Of a stretch of 64,000 nucleotides of DNA, positions 1 through 13,220 are shown piece after piece. Position numbers and translations under genes: made by a program. The notes under the pieces were generated by a model. It saw nothing but the letters and a program-made list of their open reading frames with translations. It did no database searches and was not told where the DNA came from. The DNA comes from Atractiella rhizophila (lineage: Eukaryota): contig MU271209.1 in the NCBI GenBank assembly GCA_021432655.1, forward strand, positions 1-64,000, in the 5' to 3' direction. The stretch's first letter is position 1. Every line of letters starts with the position of its first letter.

Positions 1-9
1 TTATTCAAC

Positions 10-1163
10 ATGACCATCATCAAAGCTGCCACAGCACCACTGTTCGCTGTAGTTGGCGCTTCCGGTAACCAGGGTGGCTCAGTCATGCGCTCCATCCAGG
101 CATCTTCCAAGGCATATCGTGTTCGGGCCATTGGACGCGATATCACGAAGCCGATTTTCAAGAAATACGAAGAATGGGGTTGCGAGATCCTCTCTGCTGA
201 TGTATCGACGAAGGATGGAGCCGAGAAGGCATTCAAAGACGCTGACATAGCGTTTGCTATCACTGTCTCTGAGTATTCTGATGGTGCAAAAGAGAAGGTG
301 AGACTGACATAACTTCGAAAGAGAACGCTGAAGGAGAGAACAGGAAATTGCGAAAGGCAAGACGCAAATGGACGCTTGTGCTGCTCTTGGAGTCAAACAA
401 GTAATCTACACCGGAATGGTACATCTAGGAAGGCTCACCGGCGCCTCCTGCGACCTGCAAGCTCTTTCACGATAATATTCATGCAGAATCTGACGAACAA
501 AACTCAGATGGGACTCAAAAGCAGAGGTAGCGGAGTACGCTCGCTCTCTTCGAGCTTTCAAACTCTACGACATCTCCACCGGGACCTTCTTCAACAACTA
601 CTTGACACAGAACGCGCCACGAAAAGCTGAAGATGGCACATATTTCATCGCTGCTCCATTCGGGCCAGACACCAAACTCCCTCTCATCGATCACGCGGAG
701 GATTTTGGAAAATACGCGATTGGAGCGTTGGAGAACGATGCGCACGAGAAGACGGTATGCGCTGCTCCAGAATATGTGACGCCGGTCCAGATCGTCGAGG
801 CTTTCTCGAAGGGTAGGCATTCCCTCCACCTCACCTGTCACGAGCCAATTTGACAAAATGGTAGTTTCTGGCAGAACGATAAACTTGAAAGTTTTGACGG
901 ATGCGGAGTATGGAGGACGTCTCAAAGGGATTTTTGGAGAACAACTGGCGAACGGAATGGTGAACACCATGGCCGCCGTTAGAACCGTTGGCTGTAAGTC
1001 GCCTCCCTCGTTCATTCATTGCGCCTCTACAGTTGTTGACTGGAAAATAGATTACGGGGGAGAAGAGCTGGAGGAAAGCAACCAACTCCTTTCAACCCCT
1101 GCCAGGAAGCTGCCTGAAATGGTGGAAGCACACAAGGACCGCATTTTAGCCCTTTTTGCGTGA
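10..1163 (+). CDS. NmrA-like NAD(P)-binding Rossmann-fold protein (5 exons)
   Basis: N-terminal VVGASGNQGGSV; spliced EIAKGKTQMDA and WDSKAEVAEY; LIDHAEDFGKY. Introns 298-343, 457-507 (GC donor) and two more. Confidence 0.85.
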
Positions 1164-1869
1164 TGCGACATGTTCATGAATATAAACTAAAATTAAAAGG
1201 CAGAAAGGCTGCGAAATTCAGTGAACGTTCTAAATTCTTTCTCTTCAAATCTCATGTGACGACCGTCACATTCATACTCGTGCTTACAATAGTGGTCTTG
1301 CTGAGCTTCTAACGCCACGGGTAATCAAATCCAATCAAGATAACTCAAATCTTGACTTGCATGTAATCAATGATGAAAGCCTTTCCCTCTGTTCCCTCTT
1401 GGAAAGTCTCGATTTTGCTAGTAGCAATAACTTAAGACCGATCCACCTAGCGCTGCGCCACATTGGAAGATCGGCAATGAGAGAAGGTAGCCAGAAGAAA
1501 GGAATGCAGACTACCATCCATCGCATCCATCGAGTTCGCAGCAATAAGGAACGCCTACTTTGCTACATTGGGTAAATTGACCGAAAACATTCTATAAAAT
1601 ATGACTTTTAAACCTCCATCTCCATCTCAAGTTTTAGCTCACGATGTCTCTTTCAGTTCAATCTCATGACTGCGACTGCAACAGAACACTCGTCGTAGTA
1701 AATCTGGTGACATCATCGCCGAAGACAGTACAATCACAGCGACGACCATAATTTGCTTCATCGCAGCCTGAATACACCTGCGATATACTGTAACAACACC
1801 TCAGAATAACATCTCTCTCTTGTCTTCGCTCTTGCACTTTACTGTATACCGGAACAAAGATCCTACGAC

Positions 1870-2282
1870 ATGGCCCAAACACATCCAGAACTTCCTCACC
1901 GCTCTTCTTCCGGATTCGACGCTTCAGAACTCGCAGAAGCCACGCGTGCGAGCCTACAAGATTCAGGTTCACCGCTCTCCAATACTACGGGATTGGGCCT
2001 GAATGAGGAGGAGGAATTCGAACGCGCACGATTGGCCAGTTTGCAGGACGTTGGACAGATGATTGGAGGAGAGGGGATCGGGAGGGGTGGAAGTGGATTT
2101 GATGAAGCTGAGATGGATAGAGCGATTAGGGAGAGCTTGAATGATGCCCCGGCAGAAGGAGGGAGTGGAAGTGCGCATGGAACACCTAATGTGTTTGCCG
2201 GTGCAGTTGGGTACGTTTTCCATTTAAGACAGGGGAACATGGAGGGTATCTTGCTTTCAGCGCCAAGTTTGTGACCCCGTAG
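1870..2282 (+). CDS. Small acidic protein with three UIM-like helices (5' end uncertain)
   Basis: DASELAEATRASLQD, EEEEFERARLASLQD and DEAEMDRAIRESLND fit the acidic-hydrophobic-x-x-A-x-x-x-S UIM pattern; intron 2211-2260, stop 2280-2282. Confidence 0.6.
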
Positions 2283-2976
2283 TCTTCAACGGACTTGTAG
2301 CACCCATCCTGGCAAATACAGGGTACCGTTGGAGACCTTATTCAAAGTAGACTTGCTAAGTCTGACTTCGCTTCACTGCGTAAACAGAATTTTACCCGTC
2401 CTCCTTACAAGGCACAGTTTGAGTATTTGTAATTTGCTCCGGGGCAGAATACAAGATCTGGGTCCAATTGTTCAGGGTGAAGAACTTGTCCGTCTAACAC
2501 CTCGTCGCCTGGCGCATTGTTTGCAGCTTAACCAAGCGGTAAAGGTTGTTCGATGATTAAAGTGTAATAACTTGCTGCACTTTCTCTGCTTCTTTGTCGT
2601 GCTTTTGTACCCCAATTGGACATCTACAGAGAATTACTGTGACAACAGCGTCCTTGCCTCTTTTTATCGTCACATTTCCCTCTTTTTAGTGTTCCGTCCA
2701 TTGTATTGCATGGGCCACTCGGGTTAATTAAACAGGTAGTTTCTGCAGTCCTATCTAATATAGAGACATTTGGCTCAAAGACGAGGAACCATCTATCGAC
2801 GGACAACAAACTTGTCACCGCTTTATCCATCAGGAGTTCTTCTCCTTTTTATGCAACTTTGGCGCATTGATTTGAAAAGTGCTTCAGCGAGCAGTGTTCT
2901 ACTGAATCGTCTTGCACCTTGGCTGTAGCCCTTACAATGCAGAGGTGGCGTACTAATGTTGTGTGTGTGCAAACAG

Positions 2977-3893
2977 CGCCGTTTCCCCTCCCCCATCATA
3001 TGTCTCCCCTCCACCTACCACCCCGCTAACCTTCCCCGAACCGTCCATCCCTCCAGCGCTTCCACCCCGGAGCGAATTCGACGTGCACCGAGCTGCCTCC
3101 ATCGCGTCCGCCAGCGATCCAGGTGATGCAGCACTATTCCACGAGACCGCATCGCATCTCGAACGGCCAACGCCTCCCCCTTCTCCTAAGCCGCACGAAC
3201 GGGAACCTGTAGCAAGAGACGCGATTCCTGCTGGCACGAGTGCGAGTGTGAGTGGGGGTGGCGGTGGGATGAAGGAGGAGAATAAGATCGGTGTCGCTGC
3301 TGCTTTTGAAGCTATAAGGAAGATGATGAAGGACTTTGATTCTGCTGAAGCCCAAGAGAGGGGAAAGAATATTTTGGATCATGTTGTGGGTGTGGGGAAG
3401 GAAGTATATAAGGCTCAAAAGGAACATGCCGCTAAGACTCTAGCTCAGGGGAGCGGAAGTGGTAATGGAGGAGCGGGTTCGACTTCAAGAGCCGCCAGTG
3501 GAACAGGAACGGAGAGATCTACATGGCAGGAGAAGCTGGTACGCATCCTATCCCCCTTGTAGACGTTGTTTTACGATCTTAAATCATACGCAGGTGGGAA
3601 TGGCAATGTCTGAAGCTGCGAAGCTATTCGATAAACAACATGCCTCCACCTCAGCTGCTGGATCCACGTCAGCCTCCGCTTCGACGAGTGGGAAAGCGAA
3701 ACGCGAAGCGATTCAATCGGCAGCTAAAACCTTACTTCGACTGTTGGACCAATTGCCCAAGGACAAGCCTGCAGGCTCTGCGACGGGAAGTGGGACCGGC
3801 GCTTCTGGATCGAAGACGAGCGTGAAGGACTTGCTGGCTATGGCTCAAAAGTTGGCTAAGTTCATACCTACTGATGGCGCCGCGAAGAAGTAA
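2977..3893 (+). CDS. Conserved fungal Gly/Ala/Ser-rich protein (DUF7721-like); first exon not resolved
   Basis: Motifs IGVAAAFEAI, VGMAMSEAAKLFD, KREAIQSAA; intron from 3539 joins ORFs 2963-3562 and 3459-3893. Confidence 0.6.
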
Positions 3894-4312
3894 GCTGCTT
3901 GACGTTGTTTTCTGGGCGGGACTGTCAGGATGGACACGCTAAATATGTTCTTTCAACAATTTGACTGGTAGCTACATATTCGTGAGTTGGAAAGGTGGGA
4001 AGTTGTAAATACCCGACATAAATTGTACAGAATATACTGGAATACAGATGCAACAGGTTTAGTACCCAGTCCTATGTCGTATGCCAGGTCAAACAACGAT
4101 CTATGCCACGACTAGCGGAAGCACTCTATCAAGCTTTATTGGCAAGTCGTGTGCAATAATCACAAGGAAATGCGGGAAGGCTTTCAGCTGCCATCCATCC
4201 AGACCAAACATCTCGCCTCCTTCGCAGAGGATATCCTGTGTACATCGTTCGAATATATGTAAAGCTTTCAAGTTAGAGAATAGATCACTTTCACGCCTTA
4301 CAGCCACGAGAA

Positions 4313-7300
4313 ATGCTCTACTCAGTCGTTTCTGGCGTCGCCTCGACAGCAGTCAGCTTCATTCCATTCGTCGGCTCTCGCTCTTCGACTCCCACCAAAC
4401 AGCGCCTTCAAGCTCCAACCAACCGATCTCCAAGGCGAAGAGGACGAGAATGCGAGCTCAGCCACATTGTACAAGGCACCAGTCCCTCCCAATGCCCTTG
4501 CGACGCACCAATCCACCTCTCTTGTCCTCCACCGGCTTGCCACCACGTCCCCTCTCTTGCCCGTTCAACTTGCAGAGCTTATAACTGCCCTCTCAATTGC
4601 CGCGAGGGTTTCGTTGCGTGCTTCGGCGCTCTTTGCGGAGGCGATCTTGGAGGGTGCACGAGTTGGGACTGGGACGGGGATGGGGCTTAGTAGGAGAGCA
4701 ATAATTGCGGCGTTGGGGAGTGCGAGGTGGATGAGGGAGATTACAGCGGGTGGGACGAATAGGGGAGAGGAGTGAGTATCTTTCTTAGCTCATTGGGAAG
4801 CGGAATGTGAGGAAAGTAGTGAGGCTTGATTGAGCTTGTCTGAGAACCGCATAGAGGGGTATACGTGAGCAAAATTCAGGCTCGCCCCGACATTGCTGTG
4901 GATTGTCGTGTGATGAGTGGTACATGACATATTTGTTATTTTGTTGCTACTCTGCTTCGTTTGAAGCGACTGGGGGATTATCTGTGCCGGCGAACCTATC
5001 GCTTTCTCTGCGTGCGAGTTAACTGAAAGAATTTTGGAGAGATGATAATTGTATATCTCGCCATGTAGTCATGGTGATGTCCTCCTGGGAAGGCTAGTTC
5101 ACATGATCACCACGTAGCAGTTCGCCACTATTGAGTTCGCTGCTAGAGGAGAAATTCTAAACCGCAGAGGGCGATAAATCACACAGACACAGCAGTCGAC
5201 AATATGCCACCCATTCCATTGTTGCAGGAAAATAAGACGCCAAAACAACTTCGAGAATTGCTGAAACTTGTGAAATAACGGTGTATAAAAGCTCCTAAGA
5301 AGTTATGTGGCTAATGCACAAAAAGTGTGGATCATCATTACTTCCTCGAAGTAGATGAAGTTTCCTCCTGTTTCCGTTGTGACTTCGCGTCTTCAACCTC
5401 CATGGTTCTGCCCGCGAAAACTCGTGAAACTGACAAATTTGTGTATTTTGGATGACAGGGACAAGTTCTTACAGGTGCTGGACCACTATACCAATCTAGG
5501 GATCTACATGGTGCACCACGCCTTCACCTTAGGCGAACTTTTCACAATGTCAGGCTTCTACCTCGCCTCCTCCACCGTGTCGTTCTCCTTCGCAGCAGGC
5601 GAAGAGTCGGTACGAATGCTCGATTCCCTCTTTGGCTCCAATGAGACTTCACGCGCTCTCAGTGCATTCATCACTCTCCTTGGGAGGGAGATGAATAGTG
5701 GAAAGTTTGGGGAGATGAGAGGAATCCTTGGGACTGGAAGGAAATTTTTTGCACTTACAAAGAGTTTGACGGTGTGGGCCTGTCTCCAGAGCGTGACGCA
5801 TAGAAGGACGGTGAAGGGGATGAAGATGAGAGTTCTGTGGGATTGTACGGTGTGCGAGCGACAGAACTTGGTGACCAGTCCAGAGGGCCGGGAGGAAGGA
5901 CATGAAATGGAGAAGAAGGAGAGGGAGAGACTTATCAGTGATGTGCGCAGTGCAAAGGAATTCGGAAGAACGTGGAGGGACGAAATGACCGAATCGAAAA
6001 GGGAGAAGAGATTGTCACTGGCTCCTACGCTCTCAAGAGCAACTACAACGAGCACGATACGTTCACGACCTGAAACTGAACTGGGGAATCCGATAAATGC
6101 GGGAGATGAAGGAGAAGAAGGGGAGATTGTCTTCGAGCTCATGCAGCTCATAGGTGATGACGATGAGAGCGAAGTGAAGATGGAAGACCTTCCGCATGAT
6201 GTGAGAGAGGCGATAGAACGCTTGGAGCGAGGCGATGAAACCGGATTAGAAGTGGTGAAAAGGGGAAAGGGAATGGATGGTACAAGATTGGTGCGATCGG
6301 AAGAGAAGGATACGGTGTATGAGATCGAAACAACTACCACTGTCACAACGACCACAGTCGTGCGTGTTATCGATCCTAATTTGACCTCCAGTGTGTCATC
6401 TATCTCCTCTACCGTCGGCGCTACATCAACCGAGCTCGATGTACCCCAAGCCTCGACTTCCTCACATCGCTCGAGGAATCACACCCGTAACTCGTCCATT
6501 CTTAGTCACAACAGGTTCAGCACCGTCTCTTCCATGCTAGAGGAGTCAGAGTGGGTTGACGTCGAATCAGCCCTATCAGCAGAACTTGAACGTTCCGGCA
6601 CTGCTACATTGTCGAGGCCAACGAGCATCGCGGAGCAGTCAAGGAGGGAGATGTATGAGAACCCCGAGGAAGGAAAAGCGAAGCTCGGGATGCTGGTCAA
6701 GACGATGACGAAGAGGTTGACGAAGACAACGAAGACGGTGAAGCGGATGGCGATTCCTTCATTCGTCACCCCGGTTGGGAGCGATGAGGAGAACTCACCG
6801 GATAAAATACAAGGAAGATTTTCCATCGTCGAAAATGAGGGCGAGAAGACGCCTCTGCGATCTGAGAGTTCGACCAGCTTAGCTACCATACCCACAGCTA
6901 GGAACGGACTGGGGAGGAACGGTACTCTGAAGGACGCGCTGAAGAAAGCGAGGAAGGGTCTTTCGCGGAAGGCTACAGCTGAAGATCTTCAGAAAACTGT
7001 GGGAAAGACTAGATTACGGAAAGCCCAACAGTCAGCATCCTCTGTCCCATTTCCGTCTGCTTCCCATGGTCAATCACTACCTCGTTCCCCGACGTCACGC
7101 AAAGAATTCACCAAGGCAGAGAACGATGATGACAGTTGTAACGAGGTGTTCGGAAGTCCACGTTATTCTGCCAACAGACTACGAAAACCCTCGGCGATGT
7201 CTATGCGCTCTTCGTACACTGCCCGTACACATTTGGAGACGACAGCGAAAGGGGAAGATGATGAGATGCATGGGTTTTGGCCTTGTAGTCATCTAGTCGC

Positions 7301-8461
7301 CAACATCCAGCGTTTCATGAAGTATAGCTCTGCAGCATACGGCCAACACTTCATGAGGATCCTGTAAGTTCTGTCTACTGTAGTCCTGTGTGTCTATCGA
7401 ATTTACTGCCTTTGCGTGCAAAGCGGAATCGGCACTTTTCCTGACAAAGCGTTTCCAACAACTTCGAAGCATTCGCACAACCACTGGGCCTTCGCATGGC
7501 ACACGAAATTATCAGTCGATGATATTCTACTCAGCTCATATACCGAGTCTGAATCCTTCACGAATACCAAATTATCGCCTCTGGTTCATTATGTCAGCCT
7601 TGACCACGAGATCAAGAGCGTCGTGTTGACAATGCGAGGAACCATTGGCCTGTCCGATATACTTGTGGATTTGACGTGTGACTATGACGATATTTCTGTT
7701 GATGGAGGATCACCTGAGGGAATTTATCGGTAGGAACAGACCTCTTCCCACTACTTTACACGCTAAGGGTGTATAAAAGGGTACATTCTGGGATGTGGCA
7801 TTCGGCATTGCTGCTTCGAAGCGGCACCGTCCGAGACGTTGTCAAGACAGCTCTGGAGGAGCATCCCGACTATGGCGGTTTGCCTTTCTCTCGTTCGATG
7901 TCAGCTAAATTTACGCTTTAATTTCCTGCAGTTGTTCTAACTGGTCACTCCCTTGGCGGGGGAACTGCTGCTCTCCTCTCCTTGATCTGGTCTTCGCCAT
8001 CTCACGTATTTCTCAATCAACGAGCAGCCAAAATACGAGAGACTGGTGAAGAAGTGCACCATCCACCAATTCGAACGGAATTCGTCACTTCACTTTCGTC
8101 GGGGCTTCCTCCTGGTCGCCCTATTGCCGCCTTTTGTTATGGTATTCCCGCAGTGGCGTCTAGCGATCTAACCACCTATTGCAAAGGTGAGCACCATTTC
8201 TTCTTTGCCACATTGTACTAATGTCTTTGACAGGTCTCATCACTAGTGGGCTGCATTATCCATTGCACCTATATCGCGCTGACGCTGATTTTAGGTGTTG
8301 TTTACAACTGGGATGTAGTCCCGACACTCAGTCTCGGACTGTTTCGCGACCTCAAAAATGTGGCAATCAATCTTTCTGAAGAAGGTAATCTTTCAGAAGA
8401 GATTGTAGGTCGCGTTGTCGGCATTTATCAGCGCCGCTTCAGGCTCATACTTCAAATCTAA
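4313..8461 (+). CDS. Class 3 lipase / DAG-lipase-like protein, 3'-truncated; 5' end uncertain
   Basis: VLTMRGTIGLSD, VHSGM, nucleophile elbow GHSLGG (from 7943), WDVVP; a 687-nt intron 4772-5458 joins the exons in phase; reading stops just inside the duplicated block that starts at 8443. Confidence 0.8.
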
Positions 8462-8467
8462 CAAACG

Positions 8468-9039
8468 ATGTCCAACACGAATCCTTTCCCAACGCCGTTC
8501 TACCTCTTCTTTTGCTGGGTCGAGCCTCTCCTCACCTACATAGGGGTATGGAAAACCCTGTCCGATCCAGCGTTATACTTCAGGACTCTGATACCGGCCC
8601 ATCGAATCTGGCCCGCAGCGTCTGCTTCTCGCATCGTTGGAAACAATGCGACTATGGCGATCAGACAGTTGGGGGGCTGTTCGTCTTTTCATCAATTTCC
8701 CTTCAAAGGCTGAGGGACTGAACAACGCGGGCAGGCTACTTCATTCTCGCCAACATGGGGTTCTTCCTCCTTCGTCCTTTACTTCCTCGTCTCCGCCAAC
8801 ATCCATCTCTTCTACACGCCGTGTTATTCCGCTACCTCGCTATCCTGGCCATTTCGGATGTGATACATATTGGTCTGACTTTTTATGACCTGGGTTTGGA
8901 GGGAACGAAGGACTGGAGGCGGTGGAACCAGCTGGTTTGGGGTAATGTTGGTGTGACCACAGTGCTGTTTGTGGGCAGGACGGCCTGGTTTGTGGTTTAT
9001 GGAAGAAAGCCGGAGGTGAAAGAAGGTAAAACCGAGTGA
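8468..9039 (+). CDS. Small multi-pass membrane protein (DUF7704-like), copy 1
   Basis: Two exons; FYLFFCWVEP, ILAISDVIHIG, WNQLVWGNVG; about four hydrophobic segments. Confidence 0.7.
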
Positions 9040-9345
9040 TAAAGGTGGAGGTTGTGCCTTCCCTCGATGTGATTGTTCAACCTATGTGCTGTGGTGCACG
9101 CTCCTCCCTTCGGTCTTGACGTTTTTCGAATGCTCATAATAAAAATGTACTCTAAATTGATGATTCTTCCGTTCTATCGCAAGGTCTCATGACGAACTGA
9201 AAGACTGGAGGTAAGACATGTTCTATGCTGATTTTGCCTTCCTTTCCTTCTTGTGGCTGCGTATTGCGTATGGACTGGAAGACAGGTTACAAGGTGGACG
9301 TTACTCATGAATGCCACACGCTGCTAAATTGCACGCAGTGATGGC

Positions 9346-10123
9346 TCAAAGCTTCGCTTTTAATTCATCTTTCTTGGCTTTCTCTCTCAGGTAACGTCTT
9401 TGAATCTTGCCACTCGGAGTCTTCGGGATGGTGTCTATAAACTCCACTCCCCCATCCAACCACTTATAACGGATTAAACGTGACGCGACAAATTTCTGTA
9501 TCGATTGCTTGAGCTCTTCTGCTTTTGATTGCGAAGATGCGGCTAATTGCTGTGCCGCGGGAGAGAGAACGACATAGGCTGTTTGAGTTCGATGTTAGAG
9601 ATGTTATAAGTTATAAGCGGTGGAGAGTGTCAGACGACGCACCACGTGGTACCTCGCCTGCATATTCGTCTGGTATTCCGATTACACAGACATCGGCAAC
9701 TGCTTCGTGATCCAATATGTGTCCCTCAAGCTCTAAACCCTGGGTCACTCTTCTAACAGAGAAACTGAGAGGGATAAGACTAACCAGCAGGCGCGACCTG
9801 GTTACCCTGCAAGAAATCTTCAAACGCGAAAAGGGAAAAAGAAAGAGAGGTGCACCTTCGTCTTGATCAACTCCTTTATTCGATCAGTGATGTAGAGCTC
9901 GCCATCGCGCTTTCCAAAATAACCTTCGTCTCCCGTATGCACATATCCATCAGCGTCGAACGTGCTCTTTGTTGCCTCGTCATTCCCTAAATACCCTAGA
10001 GCATTGGAAGGCGAAAGAATGCAGATTTCGCCTCGCTCGCCGGGCGGACAGAGCCGTTTGGTCTCTGGGTCAACGATTTTTATTTTCATCGAAGGAACAA
10101 TGTGTCCCACGCTGTTGAGGTTC
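9346..10123 (-). pseudogene. 3' fragment of the 4CL-like ligase inside duplication copy 1
   Basis: GYVHTGDEG, ITDRIKELIK and AKL-stop present; no 5' half. Confidence 0.85.
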
Positions 10124-10152
10124 ATCAGCTCATACTTCAAATCTAACAAACG

Positions 10153-10724
10153 ATGTCCAACACGAATCCTTTCCCAACGCCGTTCTACCTCTTCTTTTGC
10201 TGGGTCGAGCCTCTCCTCACCTACATAGGGGTATGGAAAACCCTGTCCGATCCAGCGTTATACTTCAGGACTCTGATACCGGCCCATCGAATCTGGCCCG
10301 CAGCGTCTGCTTCTCGCATCGTTGGAAACAATGCGACTATGGCGATCAGACAGTTGGGGGGCTGTTCGTCTTTTCATCAATTTCCCTTCAAAGGCTGAGG
10401 GACTGAACAACGCGGGCAGGCTACTTCATTCTCGCCAACATGGGGTTCTTCCTCCTTCGTCCTTTACTTCCTCGTCTCCGCCAACATCCATCTCTTCTAC
10501 ACGCCGTGTTATTCCGCTACCTCGCTATCCTGGCCATTTCGGATGTGATACATATTGGTCTGACTTTTTATGACCTGGGTTTGGAGGGAACGAAGGACTG
10601 GAGGCGGTGGAACCAGCTGGTTTGGGGTAATGTTGGTGTGACCACCGTGCTGTTTGTGGGCAGGACGGCCTGGTTTGTGGTTTATGGAAGAAAGCCGGAG
10701 GTGAAAGAAGGTAAAACCGAGTGA
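10153..10724 (+). CDS. Small multi-pass membrane protein (DUF7704-like), copy 2
   Basis: Same protein as 8468-9039; one synonymous difference seen (8961 A / 10646 C). Confidence 0.7.
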
Positions 10725-11048
10725 TAAAAGAGTGGAGGTTGTGCGCTTCCCTCGATCTGATTGTTCAATCTATGTGCCGGGGTGCACGCTCCTCCATTCG
10801 GTCTGGACGTTTTCGAATGCTCATAATAAAAATAACAGCACCCTAAATTGATGTGAAGGGCTCTTCTTCTGTTGTAGCTTGACAATTGCAAGGTCTCATG
10901 ACGAACTGAAAGACTGGATGTAAGACATGTTCTAAGCTGATTTTGACTTCCTTTCCTTCTTATGACTGCGAATGACTCTGGAAGACAAGTTACAAGGTGG
11001 ATGCTACTCATGAATGACACACGCTGCTAAATTGCAAGCACCGATAGC

Positions 11049-13220
11049 TCAAAGCTTCGCCTTTAATCCATCTTTCTTGGCTTTCTCTCTCAGGTAACGT
11101 CTTTGAATCTTACCGCTCGGAGTCTTCGGGATGGTGTCTATAAACTCCACTCCCCCATCCAACCACTTATAACGAATTAAACGTGACGCGACAAATTTCT
11201 GTACCGATTGCTTGAGCTCTTCTGCTTTTGATAGCGAAGATGCGGCTAATTGCTGTGCCGCGGGAGAGAGAACGACATAGGCTGTTTGAGTTCGATGTTA
11301 GAGATGTTATAAGCGGTGGAGAGTGTCAGACGACGCACCACGTGGTAGCTCGCCTGCATATTCGTCTGGTATTCCGATTACACAGACATCGGCAACTGCT
11401 TCGTGATCCAATATGTGTCCCTCAAGCTCTAAACCCTGGGTCAAGCGTCTAACAGAGAAACTGAGAGGGACAAGACTAACCAGCAGGCGCGACCTGGTTA
11501 CCCTGCAAGACATCTTCAAACCCAAAAAACGAAAAGGAAAGAGAGGTGCACCTTCGTCTTGATCAACTCCTTTATTCGATCAGTGATGTAGAGCTCGCCA
11601 TCGCGCTTTCCAAAATAACCTTCGTCTCCCGTATGCACATATCCATCAGCGTCGAACGTGCTCTTTGTTGCCTCGTCATTCCCCAAATACCCTAGAGCAT
11701 TGGAAGGCGAAAGAATGCAGATTTCGCCTCGCTCGCCCGGCGGACAGAGCCGTTTGGTCTCTGGGTCAACAATTTTTATTTTCATTGAAGGAACAACGTG
11801 TCCCACGCTGTTGAGGTTCGATTTTGGTGGTGGACTGGTCGATAGATCCGCTCCTGAAACGTAGCTTTCGCTTTTCTCAGCCATGAATCGAGGAGGGGAG
11901 AGAGCAGAGGGAGGTAGCATACCAAAATGTTTCCGTAGTGCCTAGACCGATGTACACCTCTGCGTGAGGTAGCCTGATTTTAAATTGGTCCGCTACAGCT
12001 TTGCTGACTGGAGCCGCGCCGCAGAGGATCGTGTGCAGAGAGGAGAGGTCGTAGTTGGAGACAAGAGGATGCTTGGCTAATAGTACAAGTTGTGGAGGGA
12101 CGAGGAAAGCATGGGTGACTTGGTATTTCTGAATGGCGTCCAGCATATGCTCAAAGTTGAACCTTGGGAGCACAATTATCTAACGCATCCGTTAAAAATC
12201 CCTGTAGGGTACATAAATTGAGGCGTACTGGCATGCCTATGAAGACGCAATGGTGTAACAGCATCACCATGGCGAATCTGCATTCAACATCAACATCTTT
12301 CGCTTCAGATGAAAGAAAGAGCCACACGCGTGGTAGAACGGTATCGCTCCCAAGATAACGTGCTTTGTGGGATCAAAGCTTCTCAAGGATTGTCGAACTT
12401 GAAGGACGTTTGCGTTGACAGCTGTGTGTGGGATGACTACCACTTTCGGGAGACCTGTTAAACATTCCTTTAGATTCAAGTTCCGCTTAGGTAGAAAGCG
12501 AACCTGTTGTCCCGCTTGAGAAAGCTAAGAATGCCACCTTGCGGCTCCATCCGCCTTTCTTCAAGTTGAGGATCGGCGGTAGGGGTGTTGATTGACTGTA
12601 TTCCAATTTGCGATTCAGATCATCATCGAGAAGGAGCAGCGTCCTTTCATTCAGTCCCGCGAGTTTGAGGGATTGACGCGCAGATGCAAGGGAGGAAGGG
12701 GTGACAACCATACATTTGACTTTGTAGTGCTTCAAGACTAGCTTCAGGAGTGTTGATAGCTCCGTAGGTGCTATCACTCAGGGTAAGCTTCATCAAAAGG
12801 AAGTATGGTACACACTGAGAGAGGGATTGGCAGGAGATAAAATGGCGTTGATTCGATGGGTACCCCAGACAACCGCACCATAGTCAATCTGTCAGCGCAC
12901 ATCAGCTTTTCGCTCACAAGTCGTTTGTAAGACCGCACACTATTTTCTGCATACACAAACACGACCTCATCTTCTCCCACTGTGTAGTCCTTCACAAACA
13001 ACCTTGCAAAGCTGTCAGTCCGCTTCTTCAAGTCTTCCTTCGACTGCCATTCCGTTGTCTCATAGTTGCGAAGGAGCGGCGTGGCCATATGGTGCAAGGG
13101 CCGAAGGGGACAATGGTAATCAAAAACGAAGTTGTAGACATTGCAATCTTGAATGTCAGCAAGTGGTTGGAAGATGCTGCTGGTGTAGACGCCATTCGTG
13201 TACGAAGCCCCTCTCGTCAT
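11049..13220 (-). CDS. 4-coumarate-CoA-ligase-like adenylate-forming enzyme, probably peroxisomal
   Basis: AMP-binding FSSGTTG/LPK, GLGTTET, TGDEG, DRIKELIK, PKTPSGKI; C-terminal PTS1-type AKL. Confidence 0.9.

Larger units (their letters stand above)
8443..11819. repeat. Tandem duplication of about 1.69 kb (8443-10123 and 10128-11819)
   Basis: Identical ORFs at offset 1685; linker ATCA at 10124-10127; near-identical first 600 nt, more divergent afterwards. Confidence 0.95.

Noticed and set aside
4910..5026. GTGATGA...CTGA in the lipase intron
   Set aside because: No terminal stem and no rRNA-complementary guide recognised.
5558..6355. 265-aa minus-strand ORF and similar antisense ORFs
   Set aside because: Shadows of real genes on the opposite strand.
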